Assembly: GCA_025355345.1 (NCBI GenBank)
Contig: JANXZU010000017.1
Span: 5,648 to 69,647 of the forward strand
Length of the DNA: 64,000 nt
Direction of reading: 5' to 3'
Origin: Syntrophaceae bacterium
Lineage (GTDB): Bacteria > Desulfobacterota > Syntrophia > Syntrophales > Smithellaceae
The position numbers were made by a program, and so were the translations under genes. The notes below the pieces were generated by a model. The model was not told the origin of the DNA and did not search any database. It was given only the letters and a program-made list of their open reading frames with translations. Within the stretch, counting starts at the first letter, position 1. Each line of letters starts with the position of its first letter. Below are positions 36,085-49,128 of this stretch, piece by piece.

Positions 36085-36253
36085 AATGAGACTCGAATTT
36101 CAGAAACGCAGTGTACCCTGAAGGGTATCTGCGAAGCTGAAATTAGTTAGTCGAATTATCCCCGAAGCGCAGCGTAGGGGATTAATGACACGGTTTTTTA
36201 AAATGCAGTGAACTGAAGCTTGGAAGTTGAACAATCCCGCCATGGGCGGGATG
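36085..36253 (+). repeat. REP-like repeat family 2, two tandem units
   Basis: AATGAGACTCGAATTTCAGAAACGCAGTG...CTGAAATTAGTTAGTCGAATTATCCCCGAAGCGCAGCGTAGGGGATT, then a degenerate unit ending AAGTTGAACAATCCCGCC..GGCGGGATG. Confidence 0.9.
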
Positions 36254-36278
36254 AAAGCAATAATTTGGATTATTATCA

Positions 36279-39200
36279 GTGAGAAAAATTATTTCTAAAA
36301 AAAATACGGAAGATATTGAACCACTCAGATATCTTTTGGAAGAACTAAAACACTCTGATCCCAAAGTTAATGTTGGCGGGCTGGTTGGTGCCGCGCGTTC
36401 CTACCTGGTTTCCCTCCTTTTTTCCCGTATGGAGAAAACTCTTCTTGTCGTCTGTCCTGAAGAAAAGGAAGCCGCAGCGTTTGCGCGTGATCTGCTCCTC
36501 TTTTTGGGGGAAGAAAGTGTAATTTATTACCCGCCGCTTGATTTCCGGACAATCGACATGTTTGCTCTCCAGAAAGAAGAAGAATTAATCCGTCTTGAAG
36601 TTCAGGCCAGAATGCAAATAAATCCTCAAACAGTTGTTGTTACTTCTGTGATTGCTTTGATGCAAAAAGTAATGCCTTTCGCGCAGTTTAGTAAGTATCT
36701 GCAAATAGTTTCCACAGGCGATATACTGAACAGGGAAGATTTTGGCGGGAACTTGCTTTCCGGCGGTTACAAGAGAGTCAGTTTGGTGGAGGAAGCAGGA
36801 GAATTCAGTATTCGCGGCAATCTAATTGATGTATTTCCGCCTACAGAAAAAACCCCGTTGCGTTTGGAAATGTCCGGTGACGAAATTGAATCTATTCGCA
36901 GGTTTGATTGTGCTTCTCAGCGCTCTGTTGGTACAGCGGATGCTTTTGTGGTATCTCCGGCAAGCGAAGTGATCATTACCTTGCAGGGGCTTGAACTGGC
37001 AACGCGCAACATTAAGCGTCGTGCCGATGATCTTTCCCTTTCCCGCGAAATTCGTAACCGTCTGGTTGATACACTGCAAAACAATCTGGCCGATTCGATA
37101 AACCCCGTATTTTTGCCGCTCTTTTATGAAGCGTACGATAAAAACGGTGAGGCACCCCAAAACAAGTTATCGAGTTTTTTTGAATATTTGCCGAAAAACA
37201 CACTGGTGTTTTTGGATGATCCTTTGGCGATAAACCAGATTGCTCCGGGCATTGAGCAGAATATCGACAAACTGCTGTTCAAAGCTAAAAACAGCGGCAA
37301 GTTTTATCTGGAAAAAGTAAGCGCGTATATTGATCTGGCCAGTATTTTAGCCGGCCTCGAAAGATTCGCACAGATTTCCCTGACGGCTCTTCAGTTGGAT
37401 GAGGCCGGGGATAACCTCTCCAGAACAATTGTTTTTGAAACAGGCCAAAATCTGCAGCGCGAGGAACCGCGGGCAGGCGAGATCAAGGAAGACGCGCTTT
37501 TGAGGCAAACAGCGGGGAATATTAAAAACTGGCTATCATCCGACATGTTGGTTGTTTTTCTGTGCCCGACACCGGAGGATCTGCATCGGATGCAGCACCT
37601 GCTTTCATCCTATGATTTGCCAGTACAGATTAGACCTTTGACAGATTCGCTTCTGGACTTTATCAATCAGTGGGACGGTCATCCTCAACTTATTTTATGG
37701 GAAGGGAAAATTTCTTCCAGTTTTATCTTTCCTGCTATTAAACTGGTACTATTGAGTGAGGAGGAAATATTTGTAAAAAAAGTGATCCGCCGCCGTACGC
37801 GGCCATTGCGGGAAGGCACTTTTCTTAAATCTTTCGGTGAATTAAAAGAGGGTGATTTTGTTGTCCACACAGATTTTGGTATTGGTGTTTATCGCGGGCT
37901 AAAAAAAATCTGCGTAGGTAAAATCGAAAACGATTTTTTAGTTCTTGAGTATTTGGATGGCGACAAACTCTATCTGCCGGTGAACACAATGGAGAAAATT
38001 CAAAGGTACCTGGGTCCCGATAATTATGTGCCAAAAATTGATAAGATGGGCGGAGCTTCTTGGGATGCCGTCAAGGAAAGGGTTAAAAAATCAGTACGCG
38101 AGGTTGCCGAGGATTTAGTTGCCATTTATGCCGCCCGTGAAGTAATGGAAAGAAAATCGTTTGCGCCGCCGGATCGGATTTATGAGGAATTTTGCTCGAC
38201 ATTTGAATTTGAAGAAACGCCTGATCAGGCTAAAGCCATTGAAGATGTTCATCTGGATATGGATGATGTCAAGCCCATGGATCGGCTAATCTGCGGTGAC
38301 GCAGGTTTCGGCAAAACGGAAGTTGCCATTCGCTCAGCCTTCCGCGCTGTTATGGACGGCAAACAGGTGGCCTTTCTTGTGCCCACAACAATTCTGGCTG
38401 AGCAACATTACCAGACCATAGCATCAAGGCTTAGCGATTTCCCTATCCGTGTTGAAGTACTCAATCGTTTTAAAAGCACAGCCGAACAAAAAAAAATCAT
38501 TCAAGATTTAAAAAGCCAAAAGATAGATATTGTCGTGGGAACTCATCGGCTGATTTCAAAAGATGTTGAGTTTAAAGAATTGGGACTGGTAATAATTGAT
38601 GAAGAACAGCGTTTTGGTGTCGCGCACAAGGAAAAGCTGAAAAAAATGCGCACACTTGTTGATGTGCTGACTCTTTCGGCAACGCCGATTCCGCGCACAC
38701 TTCATCTTTCGCTTGTAGGCATTCGGGATTTGTCCATCATCAACACGCCGCCGGAAGACAGGTTGCCCATAAAAACTTATGTGCTGGAGTTTGATGAAGA
38801 CGCGATCAAGACCGCAGTAGAAAAAGAGTTGGCGCGCGGAGGTCAGACATTTTTTGTTCATGACCGTGTGCGCTCGATTTACTCAATCGCGCAGCTTGTT
38901 TCTCGGCTCGTGCCGCAAGCAAGGGTCGGTGTAGTTCACGGGCAAATGAAACCGGGAGAAATTGAAAAAGCAATGGCGCAATTTGTGAGAAGAGATTGCG
39001 ATGTTCTGGTATGTACCACTATCATCGGCTCCGGTCTGGATATTCCCACGGCCAATACAATCATCATAAATCGCGCCGACAGATTTGGGTTGGCACAACT
39101 ATACCAGATACGCGGCCGGGTTGGCCGTGGAAATAAAGAAGCTTTTGCCTACCTGCTTTTGCCCAAAGGTGCAATGCTTTCGCGTGAAGCCCTGAAAAGG

Positions 39201-39836
39201 CTACAGGTGATCAAAGAATTTTCCGAGCCGGGTTCCGGTTTTCGTATCGCTTATAACGATCTGGAAATCCGCGGTGGCGGCAATTTGCTGGGACTTTCCC
39301 AGGCAGGCCATATAAGCGCTGTGGGTTACGAACTTTATACGGAGTTAATGGAAAAAACTGTTCGGGAAATTAAGGGTGAGCCTGTGGATGAAGAAGAAGT
39401 GCAACCAGAAATCCAATTGGGAGTCTCCGCCTTTATTCCCGAGGAATATGTTTTGGATGTCAACCGCCGGTTGGTGTTATACAAAAGAATATCCCTTGCA
39501 GGTACGGATGAAGATATTAATCAAATTCAAAGTGAATTGCAGGATTGTTATGGGGCAATGCCTCATTCCGTTGAAAATTTATTGAAGGTGATCGTCTTAA
39601 GAAATAGCTTAAAACCGCTGAAAGTGAAAAAAATGGGCTATGACGGCAAATATATGTATATTAATTTCCGAACTACAACTCCTGTCGATCCGGTAAGGAT
39701 TGTCACATTATATCGCAAGAAAATTAAGGATATACGCTTCACACCGGATTACAAATTATATGTTCCCGCGCCCGATCTTACCGAAACAGAAAGATTGGCT
39801 ATGGCCAATTTGTTATTAAAGATGCTTGCTCAATAA
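36279..39836 (+). CDS. mfd: Transcription-repair coupling factor
   Basis: UvrB-homology N-terminus, [54 protein letters not shown]. Confidence 0.97.
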   Translation: MRKIISKKNTEDIEPLRYLLEELKHSDPKVNVGGLVGAARSYLVSLLFSRMEKTLLVVCPEEKEAAAFARDLLLFLGEESVIYYPPLDFRTIDMFALQKEEELIRLEVQARMQINPQTVVVTSVIALMQKVMPFAQFSKYLQIVSTGDILNREDFGGNLLSGGYKRVSLVEEAGEFSIRGNLIDVFPPTEKTPLRLEMSGDEIESIRRFDCASQRSVGTADAFVVSPASEVIITLQGLELATRNIKRRADDLSLSREIRNRLVDTLQNNLADSINPVFLPLFYEAYDKNGEAPQNKLSSFFEYLPKNTLVFLDDPLAINQIAPGIEQNIDKLLFKAKNSGKFYLEKVSAYIDLASILAGLERFAQISLTALQLDEAGDNLSRTIVFETGQNLQREEPRAGEIKEDALLRQTAGNIKNWLSSDMLVVFLCPTPEDLHRMQHLLSSYDLPVQIRPLTDSLLDFINQWDGHPQLILWEGKISSSFIFPAIKLVLLSEEEIFVKKVIRRRTRPLREGTFLKSFGELKEGDFVVHTDFGIGVYRGLKKICVGKIENDFLVLEYLDGDKLYLPVNTMEKIQRYLGPDNYVPKIDKMGGASWDAVKERVKKSVREVAEDLVAIYAAREVMERKSFAPPDRIYEEFCSTFEFEETPDQAKAIEDVHLDMDDVKPMDRLICGDAGFGKTEVAIRSAFRAVMDGKQVAFLVPTTILAEQHYQTIASRLSDFPIRVEVLNRFKSTAEQKKIIQDLKSQKIDIVVGTHRLISKDVEFKELGLVIIDEEQRFGVAHKEKLKKMRTLVDVLTLSATPIPRTLHLSLVGIRDLSIINTPPEDRLPIKTYVLEFDEDAIKTAVEKELARGGQTFFVHDRVRSIYSIAQLVSRLVPQARVGVVHGQMKPGEIEKAMAQFVRRDCDVLVCTTIIGSGLDIPTANTIIINRADRFGLAQLYQIRGRVGRGNKEAFAYLLLPKGAMLSREALKRLQVIKEFSEPGSGFRIAYNDLEIRGGGNLLGLSQAGHISAVGYELYTELMEKTVREIKGEPVDEEEVQPEIQLGVSAFIPEEYVLDVNRRLVLYKRISLAGTDEDINQIQSELQDCYGAMPHSVENLLKVIVLRNSLKPLKVKKMGYDGKYMYINFRTTTPVDPVRIVTLYRKKIKDIRFTPDYKLYVPAPDLTETERLAMANLLLKMLAQ

Positions 39837-39862
39837 ACCCAAGAAGGATATGATTACACATT

Positions 39863-40858
39863 ATGAATAATGCGAGTATGCAAATGTCTGCCAAAATAAT
39901 GTCTTTGATGCCAAACCCAAGATATGTATTATTTGGTTTAGCACTTATTTTTATTGTCGCCTGCGATAAGATTAATATTTTTTCAAGACCGTACGTTGCG
40001 ACTGTAAACGGTGCTAAAATTTATCTTGATGAATATCAATCGCGGCTAAATCAAAAGATGCCCATGCTGCCGAAAGATCTTCTGTTAAATCAGTCCAATT
40101 ATAAACGTATTGAAGAAGAAGTGTTGGATGTAATGATTACAGAAAAAATCATGTACTTGCGCGCGCAGGAATTGAATGTTTCCGTAAGCGCCGGCGAACT
40201 TGAAGCTAAAATTAGCGAAGTTATCAAAGACTATGGAACAGATTTTGCCAATTTGCTGGTGCAGGAAAATGTACGGTATGAAGATTGGAAAGATGATATA
40301 AAAAAAGAAATGTTGTTTAAAAAACTTGTCGCAGTTGATGTCAATGCCAACATTCGTATATCCGAAGATGAGGCGGAAGACTATTTTAACGAAAATCGTA
40401 ATAAATATAAAGTGGAATCACGCGTTAGAGTTTATCAAATAGTTGTTAGCGATCTGGCCAAAGCAAAGGAAGTAGAGGCTCGATTGAATGCTGGTGTTGA
40501 TTTTAAACTAGTCGCAACAGAGATGTCGATTGCCCCGGAAGCAATTAGTGGCGGAGATTTGGGGTTTATTACCCGTCAGATTATGCCGGAACCATTGGAT
40601 GACACCATTTTTAAATTGCCGGTCAATAAAGTAAGTCCTATCGTGCAGAGTCCTTACGGTTTTCATATTTTCAAGGTTTCGGAAATTCAGTCGGCAAAAA
40701 CCGGAAATTTTGCGGATATGAAAGAAGAGGTAACCGCTGAAATTCGGGCGCAAAAGGAAGATGCGGCTTTTACAACCTGGCTCGAAGCTTTGAAAATGAA
40801 AGCCGTAATCAAAAAGGAAAGTACAGTATTAAGAGAAAAAATTCAGAAAAGAAGCTAG
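39863..40858 (+). CDS. Parvulin-type PPIase/foldase (PrsA/SurA-like)
   Basis: VATVNG, GGDLGF, SPYGFHIFKV. Confidence 0.88.
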   Translation: MNNASMQMSAKIMSLMPNPRYVLFGLALIFIVACDKINIFSRPYVATVNGAKIYLDEYQSRLNQKMPMLPKDLLLNQSNYKRIEEEVLDVMITEKIMYLRAQELNVSVSAGELEAKISEVIKDYGTDFANLLVQENVRYEDWKDDIKKEMLFKKLVAVDVNANIRISEDEAEDYFNENRNKYKVESRVRVYQIVVSDLAKAKEVEARLNAGVDFKLVATEMSIAPEAISGGDLGFITRQIMPEPLDDTIFKLPVNKVSPIVQSPYGFHIFKVSEIQSAKTGNFADMKEEVTAEIRAQKEDAAFTTWLEALKMKAVIKKESTVLREKIQKRS

Positions 40859-40871
40859 GAGGGGAAACTCT

Positions 40872-41849
40872 ATGGAATGGTGCAAAAAATTTATTTTAAT
40901 CATGGGAGGCTTAATGCTTCTGTGCATGCCGGCTAGCGCCGAGGTTGTGGATAAAATTATTGCCGTTGTAAATGATGAGATAATTACACTTGCCGAATTC
41001 AATTTGGCGATTCAACCTTACCTTAAAAATATCGATGATAATTATAAAGGCAAAGATAAGGAAGCAATCATTCACCAGGCCAAAGAAGCTTTTCTGAAAC
41101 GTCTTGTTGATAATTTACTCATTGAACAAGAAGCAAAAAAAATAGGCAAGAGTATCGTTATTAAAGACGAAGAAGTCATGGAAGTTGTAAGGGATCTGGT
41201 CGTGAAAAGAAAGTCCAATATGGAAGATTTCAAAAACAGTCTTGCCCGCGAAGGCACTTCTCTTGAATCTTTGAAAAAAGATATAAGAAATCAAATAATA
41301 CGGATGCGGTTATTGCGTTGGGAAATTAAATCAAAAGTAATGGTCAGCGATGACGAAATCGGCGCGTATTATGACAAAAACAGGCAGGACTATGAAGGCA
41401 AAGAAGCAGTCCGGTTAAAGCAAATATTCCTTGCAATTCCCGCCGGGGCAGATAAGAAAACAAAGGCAAAAATAAAGGAATATGCCGAACAGTTGCGTAA
41501 ACGCGTTCTTTTAGGTGAACAATTTGAAATGATGGCCGCAAAATATTCTCAAGGACCGGGGGCGGCAGAGGGCGGTGATATCGGTTTTATTGAGAAAGGC
41601 ACGGTTATTGCCGTAGTTGAATCAGTGGCGTTTAAACTGCCTATGGAGCAAGTAAGCGACGTGATAGAATCAGAACTCGGATTTCATATTATTAAGGCCG
41701 TGGATAAAAAAGGCGGTGGTTTGAAGCCAATCTCTGTAGTACGTGAAGAAATAAGGGTAAAAATTGAAGATGAGAAACTGGAAAAAAAATATGAAGAATG
41801 GATCACGTCTGTCCGAAAAAAATCGTTTATTGAAACAAGAATGCATTAA
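40872..41849 (+). CDS. SurA-like chaperone/PPIase
   Basis: VDKIIAVVNDEIIT, GGDIGF, GFHIIK. Confidence 0.9.
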   Translation: MEWCKKFILIMGGLMLLCMPASAEVVDKIIAVVNDEIITLAEFNLAIQPYLKNIDDNYKGKDKEAIIHQAKEAFLKRLVDNLLIEQEAKKIGKSIVIKDEEVMEVVRDLVVKRKSNMEDFKNSLAREGTSLESLKKDIRNQIIRMRLLRWEIKSKVMVSDDEIGAYYDKNRQDYEGKEAVRLKQIFLAIPAGADKKTKAKIKEYAEQLRKRVLLGEQFEMMAAKYSQGPGAAEGGDIGFIEKGTVIAVVESVAFKLPMEQVSDVIESELGFHIIKAVDKKGGGLKPISVVREEIRVKIEDEKLEKKYEEWITSVRKKSFIETRMH

Positions 41850-41864
41850 GCAGTAAAGCAAAAT

Positions 41865-44690
41865 ATGAATGCAATAAGAATAAAAGGCGCTTCTCAGCAT
41901 AATTTAAAAAACATAAGTTTAGATATACCCCGCGATAAGCTTGTTGTCATAACCGGTGTCAGCGGTTCCGGTAAATCTTCGCTGGCCTTCGATACGATTT
42001 ATGCCGAAGGGCAAAGGCGCTACGTGGAATCACTTTCTACGTATGCCCGCCAGTTTATCGGGCAAATGGACAAACCCGATGTGGAATCAATCGAAGGGCT
42101 ATCTCCGGCTATTGCCATTGAGCAGCGCACAGCCAGTCACAACCCCCGTTCAACGGTCGGCACAGTCACTGAAATTTACGACTACTTTCGCCTGCTTTAT
42201 GCAGGCATTGGTATTTGCCATTGTTACCGCTGCGGACGGGAAATTAAATCGCAGACCATAGACAGTATTGTGGAAAATATTCTTGTCCTGCCGGCAAATA
42301 CACGCTTTAGTATTCTGGCGCCTCTGGTACGCGGCAAGAAAGGTGAATTCGCAAAAGAGCTGAAAAAGCTTCAAAAAGAAGGATTTGCGCGCGTTCGGAT
42401 TGACAAAGAGCTAAGAGATCTGGCGGAAGAGATACAACTGACAAAAACAAAGCGCCACGATATTGATCTGGTTGTTGATCGCCTCGTATTAAAAGAAGGC
42501 GTGAGAAAGAGATTGAGAGACTCTCTGGAGATTGCAGCAAGCCGAGCCGAAGGGCTTGTACGCATAGTCCTGCAAAGCGGCGAAGAAATGCTTTACAGCG
42601 AAAAATATGCCTGTCCCGATTGTGGCATAAGTATTCCTTCACTAACTCCGCGCATGTTTTCCTTTAATAGTCCCTATGGCGCCTGTCCTGACTGCAACGG
42701 GCTGGGTTCTCGGACGCATTTTGCCGTAGATTTGGTTGTGCCTGATGCCGGCCTGTCATTAAGGGAAGGGGCGGTAGCACCATGGGCCGGCCGTAATTCT
42801 CTTCATTATCATAATATGCTCGACGCGCTTTCTACTCATTATAATTTTGATATCAACACACCGTTTAATAAACTACCGGAAAAAATTCAAAAAGTACTTC
42901 TTTATGGATCGGGAACGGAAAATATTAAATTTTATTCCGACCGTCCGGACAAGCGGTATTTCGTTCATCGTCCATTTGAAGGGGCGATAAAGCAACTGGA
43001 GCGACGCTGGCGGGAAACAACCTCAACAGCCGTGCGTAATGATTTAGGGCAATACATGGATTTGAGCGCCTGTGATGCCTGTCATGGCGCGCGGTTGAAA
43101 GAAGAAACTCTGGCAGTTACAGTGGGTTCAAAGAATATTTATGAACTCTGTCAATTTTCGATTCGCGAATGCTACAATTTTTTTGACGAACTTAAATTAT
43201 CAGTACAGGAAATGATAATAACGGAAAGAATACTTAAAGAAATAAAAAGCCGTCTGCAATTTCTTCTCAATGTAGGCATGGATTATCTTAATTTACAGAG
43301 ATCAACTTTATCTTTGTCTGGAGGTGAAAGCCAACGTATTCGTTTGGCGACACAAATCGGCTCAGGGCTGATGGGCGTTTTGTATGTACTCGATGAACCA
43401 ACCGTGGGGTTGCATCAGAGAGATAACCTGCGTCTGATTGATACATTAAAAAAACTACGCGATATGGGCAATACTGTTCTGGTTGTCGAGCATGACGCCG
43501 ACATGATGTTTAAGTGCGATCACATTGTCGATATGGGGCCTGGTGCCGGAGCGCATGGTGGGAATGTGGTTTTTCAGGGATCACCGGAAGAAATTCTCCG
43601 GGATGACAAATCACTCACCGGCAGATTTTTAGCAGGCATCGATTCCATAGCAATGCCTGACAAAAAACGTTCAATCGCGGGAAGGCAAATCGTTTTAGAA
43701 GGGGCCAGCGAAAACAATCTTAAAAATATTGATATTAAGATACCGGTGGGAGTGTTCACAGCGATAACCGGCGTTTCGGGTTCCGGCAAAAGCACGATGG
43801 TTATTGAAACTCTTTATAAAGTAATGGCGCGGCGCCTGAATCAGCAGGAAGGATCCATGGGGAAAATCAAAAAGGTTGTTGATTTGGGGGGTATTGAGCG
43901 GGTTATTATGATCAATCAGCAACCCATCGGCCGGACACCACGATCAAATCCGGTAACTTATACGGGAATTTTTTCTTTTATCCGCGAGCTGTTTGCCAAT
44001 CTTCCTGAATCTCGCGTTCGCGGCTATAAACCAGGAAGGTTCAGCTTTAATGTGAAAGGCGGCCGTTGTGAGGCTTGTGAAGGCAATGGTTTAAATAAGA
44101 TTGAAATGCATTTTCTGCCCGATGTGTATGTGACTTGCGATGTTTGCCATGGCAAACGTTTTAATCGCGATACGCTCGATATTAAGTATAAGGATCAAAG
44201 TGTTGCCGATATTCTGGAAATGACGGTAACTCAGGCACTGGCGTTTTTTTCCAATATACCGCAGATAAAATCACATCTGCAATTATTTAGTGAAGTTGGC
44301 CTAGGCTATATCTGCCTGGGACAGTCGGCGACAACTCTTTCCGGCGGCGAAGCGCAGAGAATAAAGCTGGCGCGGGAACTGGGCAAGCGACTCAACAGCA
44401 ACACGCTTTATATTCTCGATGAACCAACTATTGGCTTACATTTTGCCGATATTCAAAAGTTGCTCGATGTGCTGATTCGCTTGGTGGATATGGGTAATAC
44501 AATGGTTGTAATTGAACATAATCTGGATGTGATTAAATGCGCTGATTATGTTATTGACCTGGGGCCTGAAGGCGGGCCAGGTGGTGGCCAAATTATCGCG
44601 ACAGGCACAGTAGAAGAAGTGGCGCGTGAAGCTCAATCCCCCACCGGTCAATTCTTAAAAAAGATTCTTGCTTTGCCTCAGGTGATTTAG
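41865..44690 (+). CDS. uvrA: Excinuclease ABC subunit A
   Basis: Two GVSGSGKS Walker A motifs, zinc fingers, LSGGE x2. Confidence 0.98.
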   Translation: MNAIRIKGASQHNLKNISLDIPRDKLVVITGVSGSGKSSLAFDTIYAEGQRRYVESLSTYARQFIGQMDKPDVESIEGLSPAIAIEQRTASHNPRSTVGTVTEIYDYFRLLYAGIGICHCYRCGREIKSQTIDSIVENILVLPANTRFSILAPLVRGKKGEFAKELKKLQKEGFARVRIDKELRDLAEEIQLTKTKRHDIDLVVDRLVLKEGVRKRLRDSLEIAASRAEGLVRIVLQSGEEMLYSEKYACPDCGISIPSLTPRMFSFNSPYGACPDCNGLGSRTHFAVDLVVPDAGLSLREGAVAPWAGRNSLHYHNMLDALSTHYNFDINTPFNKLPEKIQKVLLYGSGTENIKFYSDRPDKRYFVHRPFEGAIKQLERRWRETTSTAVRNDLGQYMDLSACDACHGARLKEETLAVTVGSKNIYELCQFSIRECYNFFDELKLSVQEMIITERILKEIKSRLQFLLNVGMDYLNLQRSTLSLSGGESQRIRLATQIGSGLMGVLYVLDEPTVGLHQRDNLRLIDTLKKLRDMGNTVLVVEHDADMMFKCDHIVDMGPGAGAHGGNVVFQGSPEEILRDDKSLTGRFLAGIDSIAMPDKKRSIAGRQIVLEGASENNLKNIDIKIPVGVFTAITGVSGSGKSTMVIETLYKVMARRLNQQEGSMGKIKKVVDLGGIERVIMINQQPIGRTPRSNPVTYTGIFSFIRELFANLPESRVRGYKPGRFSFNVKGGRCEACEGNGLNKIEMHFLPDVYVTCDVCHGKRFNRDTLDIKYKDQSVADILEMTVTQALAFFSNIPQIKSHLQLFSEVGLGYICLGQSATTLSGGEAQRIKLARELGKRLNSNTLYILDEPTIGLHFADIQKLLDVLIRLVDMGNTMVVIEHNLDVIKCADYVIDLGPEGGPGGGQIIATGTVEEVAREAQSPTGQFLKKILALPQVI

Positions 44691-44752
44691 ATGTCGGTTG
44701 GATGCAGCGCAACAGCGAACCCCGGCGAATGCCCCAGCATCAACTTGAGATA

Positions 44753-45397
44753 TTACTTGTAGAGGCCATTCTTAGCGATGTATTGACGGACGATATCCGG
44801 CGTGAGATATCTTATTGAATTATCCGTTTTGATCATTGCTTTTATGCGGGAAGAAGAAATGTCCAGAAAGGTTGTATTGCGGAAATATATTGCATGTCCG
44901 GTTGGTCCTTTAAACCCGTCGACTTCCTTGTTGTAAACAAAATTATTGGCAAATTCTTTCGTCAGAATTTTTTCCAATCCTTCATTCTTGTAGCCGGGAC
45001 GTGTCATGACCGCAAAATTGCACAGCAAAAGAAGTTTTTCCCAGTCCTTCCAGGTAGTGACGGCCTCAAAGGCATCCTGTCCGACAATAAAATACAGCTC
45101 TAAATTTTCCATATATTTATTTAAAATATATTCCACTGTTTCCACAGAATACGATTTGCCCGCGCGTAAGTTTTCTACTTCGGAAAAAGAGAAGTTGACA
45201 TTACCTTCGATAGCCATACGCACCATTTGTTCCCGATGGTAAAAAGAAGTGATTTCAGCTTCCAGTTTGTGCGGTGGCCGGGATGATGGAACAAAAATTA
45301 TCCTGTTTAATTTAAATATTTCCATCATTTCTTCGGCTGCCCGTAAATGTCCGAAGTGAATCGGATCAAATGTTCCGCCAAAAAGTCCCCATTTCAT
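44753..45397 (-). CDS. nadD: Nicotinate-nucleotide adenylyltransferase
   Basis: [21 protein letters not shown]. Confidence 0.96.
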   Translation of the reverse strand: MKWGLFGGTFDPIHFGHLRAAEEMMEIFKLNRIIFVPSSRPPHKLEAEITSFYHREQMVRMAIEGNVNFSFSEVENLRAGKSYSVETVEYILNKYMENLELYFIVGQDAFEAVTTWKDWEKLLLLCNFAVMTRPGYKNEGLEKILTKEFANNFVYNKEVDGFKGPTGHAIYFRNTTFLDISSSRIKAMIKTDNSIRYLTPDIVRQYIAKNGLYK

Positions 45398-46650
45398 GTT
45401 CTCACCTGTCCGTTACCGTAGATTATAAATTTTGTTGTTGTCAATTCTTCAAGGCCCATCGGCCCGAAAGCGTGAAGCTTTGTTGTGGAAATTCCAATTT
45501 CCGCCCCCAATCCAAGCTCAAAACCATCACTGAAGCGGGTGGAGGCATTTACCATCACTGTTGATGAATTGACTTCGTTTAAGAATCTTTGCGAGTTCGC
45601 GTAATCGTTTGTAATGATGGATTCTGTATGCAAGGATCCGTATTTCTCAATATGCGCAATGGCTTCATCTATTGTTTCAACAATCCGCACGGCCAGAATC
45701 AAATCAAGATATTCCGCGTACCAATCGTCATCGAAGGCGGCTTCAATATTTTTTAATATCGATCGCGTTTTTTCGCATCCTTTTAACACGACCCCAGCGC
45801 TGCGCATTTTATCGCCAAGGAGCGGCAGAAAATAAGCAGCAATATCCTTATGCACGAGTAATGTTTCCAGTGCGTTGCAGACTCCCGGGCGCTGGGTTTT
45901 GGAATTGATGCAAATATTTATAGCCATGTCCGAATCGGCATGGGCATCAACAAATATATGGCAGACTCCCTTGTAATGCTTGATTACCGGTATTTTGGAC
46001 TGGGAAACAACGGCGCGGATTAATTCCTCTCCGCCGCGTGGAATGATCAAATCAATAAACTCATCCAATTGCAGCATTGCCGAAACAGCCTCGCGGTCAG
46101 TAAAAGGTATAACTTGAATGGCTTTGGGCGGCAGTGTGCTATTGTTCAAAACTCCCTGGAGAATGGAGGCAATGGCTAAATTAGAATTAATCGCTTCAGA
46201 ACCGCCGCGTAGAATAACTGCGTTTCCCGATTTGAGACAAAGGGCGGCGGCATCAACCGTGACATTGGGACGAGACTCATAAATAATACCGATGACGCCT
46301 AGCGGTATGCGCATTCGGCCTACAAGAAGGTTGTTGGGCCTGCGCCACATCGAGGTCACCTTGCCTACCGGATCAGGTAAAGATGCTACTTCCCTGAGTC
46401 CTTGAGCCATGGCGGAAATCGTCGCATCTTTGAGGGTAAGGCGGTCGATCATAGCTTGGTGAAGGCCGATTTTTTGAGCAATCGCCACATCCTTGGCATT
46501 TTCTGCCAGAAGGAAATCCCGCTTTTGCTCAAGTTCGTCCGCCATCAGCAAAAGGGTTTTATTCTTTTCTGGCGAAGATACGCGCGCAAGAATTCTTGAT
46601 GCCAGTTGTGCATCCTGCGCTATTTTTTTTATTGCTATTTCTATGTCCAT
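45394..46650 (-). CDS. proA: Gamma-glutamyl phosphate reductase
   Basis: [41 protein letters not shown]. Confidence 0.97.
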   Translation of the reverse strand: MDIEIAIKKIAQDAQLASRILARVSSPEKNKTLLLMADELEQKRDFLLAENAKDVAIAQKIGLHQAMIDRLTLKDATISAMAQGLREVASLPDPVGKVTSMWRRPNNLLVGRMRIPLGVIGIIYESRPNVTVDAAALCLKSGNAVILRGGSEAINSNLAIASILQGVLNNSTLPPKAIQVIPFTDREAVSAMLQLDEFIDLIIPRGGEELIRAVVSQSKIPVIKHYKGVCHIFVDAHADSDMAINICINSKTQRPGVCNALETLLVHKDIAAYFLPLLGDKMRSAGVVLKGCEKTRSILKNIEAAFDDDWYAEYLDLILAVRIVETIDEAIAHIEKYGSLHTESIITNDYANSQRFLNEVNSSTVMVNASTRFSDGFELGLGAEIGISTTKLHAFGPMGLEELTTTKFIIYGNGQVRT

Positions 46651-46660
46651 TATTTACCTT

Positions 46661-46802
46661 CTAGAGTCTCACAATCACTGGTATGAACCCCCATGGCAAT
46701 CCTTGGCTATCATACCATCCGCTTTGAGCGGGATAATTCAACTTTCAGATATTGCCGTACTGCGTTTGTAATATCTTAGTTTCATTAATTTGAGTCTCAC
46801 AA
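46661..46802 (-). repeat. REP-like repeat family 2, long form with extra terminal fragments
   Basis: Minus strand: TGTGAGACTCAAATT / AATGAAACT...AAGTTGAATTATCCCGC...GGTATGA...GGGGTTCATACCAGTGA / TGTGAGACTCTAG. Confidence 0.85.
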
Positions 46803-46975
46803 TAAAAGTACTTGCGTTTTTTTTATATTTATTGATAAAAACCGCCTCAATTGTCCCCGATGACCGGCAATTTGAAACATACTTATCGTTACTTTTTACC
46901 ATTGCACAATACTGACGATAATTTACAAGACAAAAGTTTATGTGTCAAGGTTTTTACCGAAACGGAAAATGATCA

Positions 46976-48043
46976 ATGAGCCGGATAAGAATTAAAGCAG
47001 GTCAGCGTGCCTATGAAATAATTAAAAATGGTGGATTTAATTTCGATTCCATTTCATCTTATTTTGGGCCGGCGGTAGGCCCAAGGTGGCTGATTGCCAG
47101 TGGGTTTGATTTAACTCTCCTGACAAAAGGGATTCTGGGACGCAAAAATGCGGTTCATTTGATCGGTTCCTCTGCGGGTGCCTGGCGCTTTGCCGCCTGG
47201 CTGCAACCTCAGGCGGCCGAATGTTACCGCAAACTTATCGATGCCTATATCAACGTGGAGTATTCGCGAAACGATACGCCTCAAACTGTGCTTACAAAGC
47301 TCACCAATGTCATCAATGCGTATCTGGAAGAGGACGCGCTTTCTTTTGCACTGCTCAACAAAAAATATCGTTTATCCATAATCACTGTCCGAGGGCGTGG
47401 CCTTGTCGCGGCCGAAAATCTCTGGTTGCAGAAAATTGGTCTGGCCACTTGTTTTTTGTTCAATTATTTCAGCCGCAACAATATTTATCGTTTCGCGGAA
47501 AGAGTTGTTTTTTATAATGGTGGAAAACCTGCTCCTTTTTGTTTAACTCCTCAATTCCGTGGCCGTTTTGTGCGGATCAACGAAATTAATTTCAAATATG
47601 CTGTAATGGCCAGCGGGGCTATCCCCCTGGTTGTTGCAGGCGTACACAATATTTATGGAGCGCCGCGCGGCGTTTACCGCGATGGTGGCTTAATTGATTA
47701 TCATCTTACTTCCCAGTATGCCGCCAGGGAAAATGATTTAACTCTTTTCTTTCATCATCAGGAAAGAATCATTCCAGGTTGGCTTGATAAAAAAATAATT
47801 CGCCGGGTACCGGACGCGGAAACATTAAGCAACGTCTTGATGGTCTTCCCCTCGCAAAGCTTTATTGAAAAGCTGCCTGACGAAAAAGTGCCAGATCGTG
47901 ATGATTTTATGACCTACATTGATGATCATGATCAGCGGATTAAAAATTGGTATAAAACAGTAGAATTGTCCGCGCCACTGGGCGAAGATTTCCTGGAGCT
48001 GGTGGAAAGCGGTAAGATAAGGGACGTTGTGGAAAAATTGTAA
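46976..48043 (+). CDS. Patatin-like phospholipase family protein
   Basis: GSSAG nucleophile, ASGAIP and DGG motifs. Confidence 0.75.
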   Translation: MSRIRIKAGQRAYEIIKNGGFNFDSISSYFGPAVGPRWLIASGFDLTLLTKGILGRKNAVHLIGSSAGAWRFAAWLQPQAAECYRKLIDAYINVEYSRNDTPQTVLTKLTNVINAYLEEDALSFALLNKKYRLSIITVRGRGLVAAENLWLQKIGLATCFLFNYFSRNNIYRFAERVVFYNGGKPAPFCLTPQFRGRFVRINEINFKYAVMASGAIPLVVAGVHNIYGAPRGVYRDGGLIDYHLTSQYAARENDLTLFFHHQERIIPGWLDKKIIRRVPDAETLSNVLMVFPSQSFIEKLPDEKVPDRDDFMTYIDDHDQRIKNWYKTVELSAPLGEDFLELVESGKIRDVVEKL

Positions 48044-48144
48044 TGAGACTAGCTAAGAACAAGCGAAGCGAATAACCTAAAGGTCACTATAGGTTCGAAG
48101 CATAAGTCGAATTATCCCACGTGCGAAGCTAAGTAGGGATAATG
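48042..48144 (+). repeat. REP-like repeat family 2 unit (degenerate)
   Basis: AATGAGACT...CCTAAAGGTCACTATAGG...TAAGTCGAATTATCCC...GGGATAATG; the CCTAAAGG.CACTATAGG block is shared with 34668. Confidence 0.8.
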
Positions 48145-48166
48145 GTTGATAGCAACTTGGTAAAAC

Positions 48167-49093
48167 GTGGAACCAGAAGATAAAGTTTCCAAACTAAAAG
48201 AAATCTATAGCGATTGTGTGCTCTGTCCGCGTGCCTGTCGAGTGAACCGCGCAGAGGGTGATTTGGGTTATTGTCGTTTGCCTGCCAAGCTCATTATGGA
48301 TTGCGCGCTGGCGCATCATGGTGAAGAGCCGCCGCTTTCCGGGGAAAATGGCGCGGGAACCATCTTTCTTTCTTCCTGCAATCTTGGTTGCATCTATTGT
48401 CAAAATTATCAAATATCGCACAGCAATAGGGGTAAAGAAATTGATTCGGATCAAATGGCTGCGGTCATGCTGGATTTGCAGAAACAAGGCTGCCACAATA
48501 TTGAACCGGTAACGCCAACACCTCAAGTGCCATTGATCATGGAAGCACTGCTGCTGGCGCGCAATGGCGGGCTGAAAATCCCTTTCGTTTATAACTGCGG
48601 TGGTTATGAAGATCCACAAATAATTAAGATGCTTGATCAAATGGTAGATGTTTATCTGCCGGATTTTAAATACGGCCTGGAAGAAGATGCTGTTCTGTTT
48701 TCGCAGGCGCCAGGATATCCGCGATTCGCAATTGATTCGCTGCGTGAGATGGTGCGGCAGGTAGGCGACGATCTGGTTTTGGAAAACGGCGTTGCCAGCA
48801 GTGGCATAATAGTCCGCCATCTTGTATTGCCTGGCAGATTGGAGAATTCTAAAGAGGTACTGAGGTTGATTAAAAAGGAAATATCAATAAAAGTACCGAT
48901 CAGTCTGATGTCACAGTACACGCCGATTGCCAAAGTGCTTAGCCATCCAGTATTAGGCCGCAGAATTACCGTTGACGAATATAATCAAATCGTAGATGAT
49001 GCCTTGCATTCAGGTTTTGAAAATCTTTTTGTGCAGGAAGTAAGCGATCAAGAATTAACCCCCGATTTTAACAGGGATAATCCCTTTGAATAG
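48167..49093 (+). CDS. Radical SAM protein (PflX-like)
   Basis: CVLCPRAC, CNLGCIYCQN (CxxxCxxC), YLPDFKY, VRHLVLP, MSQYTP. Confidence 0.9.
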   Translation: MEPEDKVSKLKEIYSDCVLCPRACRVNRAEGDLGYCRLPAKLIMDCALAHHGEEPPLSGENGAGTIFLSSCNLGCIYCQNYQISHSNRGKEIDSDQMAAVMLDLQKQGCHNIEPVTPTPQVPLIMEALLLARNGGLKIPFVYNCGGYEDPQIIKMLDQMVDVYLPDFKYGLEEDAVLFSQAPGYPRFAIDSLREMVRQVGDDLVLENGVASSGIIVRHLVLPGRLENSKEVLRLIKKEISIKVPISLMSQYTPIAKVLSHPVLGRRITVDEYNQIVDDALHSGFENLFVQEVSDQELTPDFNRDNPFE

Positions 49094-49128
49094 CTAAGGT
49101 CGGAAAAAAACGAGATGCATTATTTATT

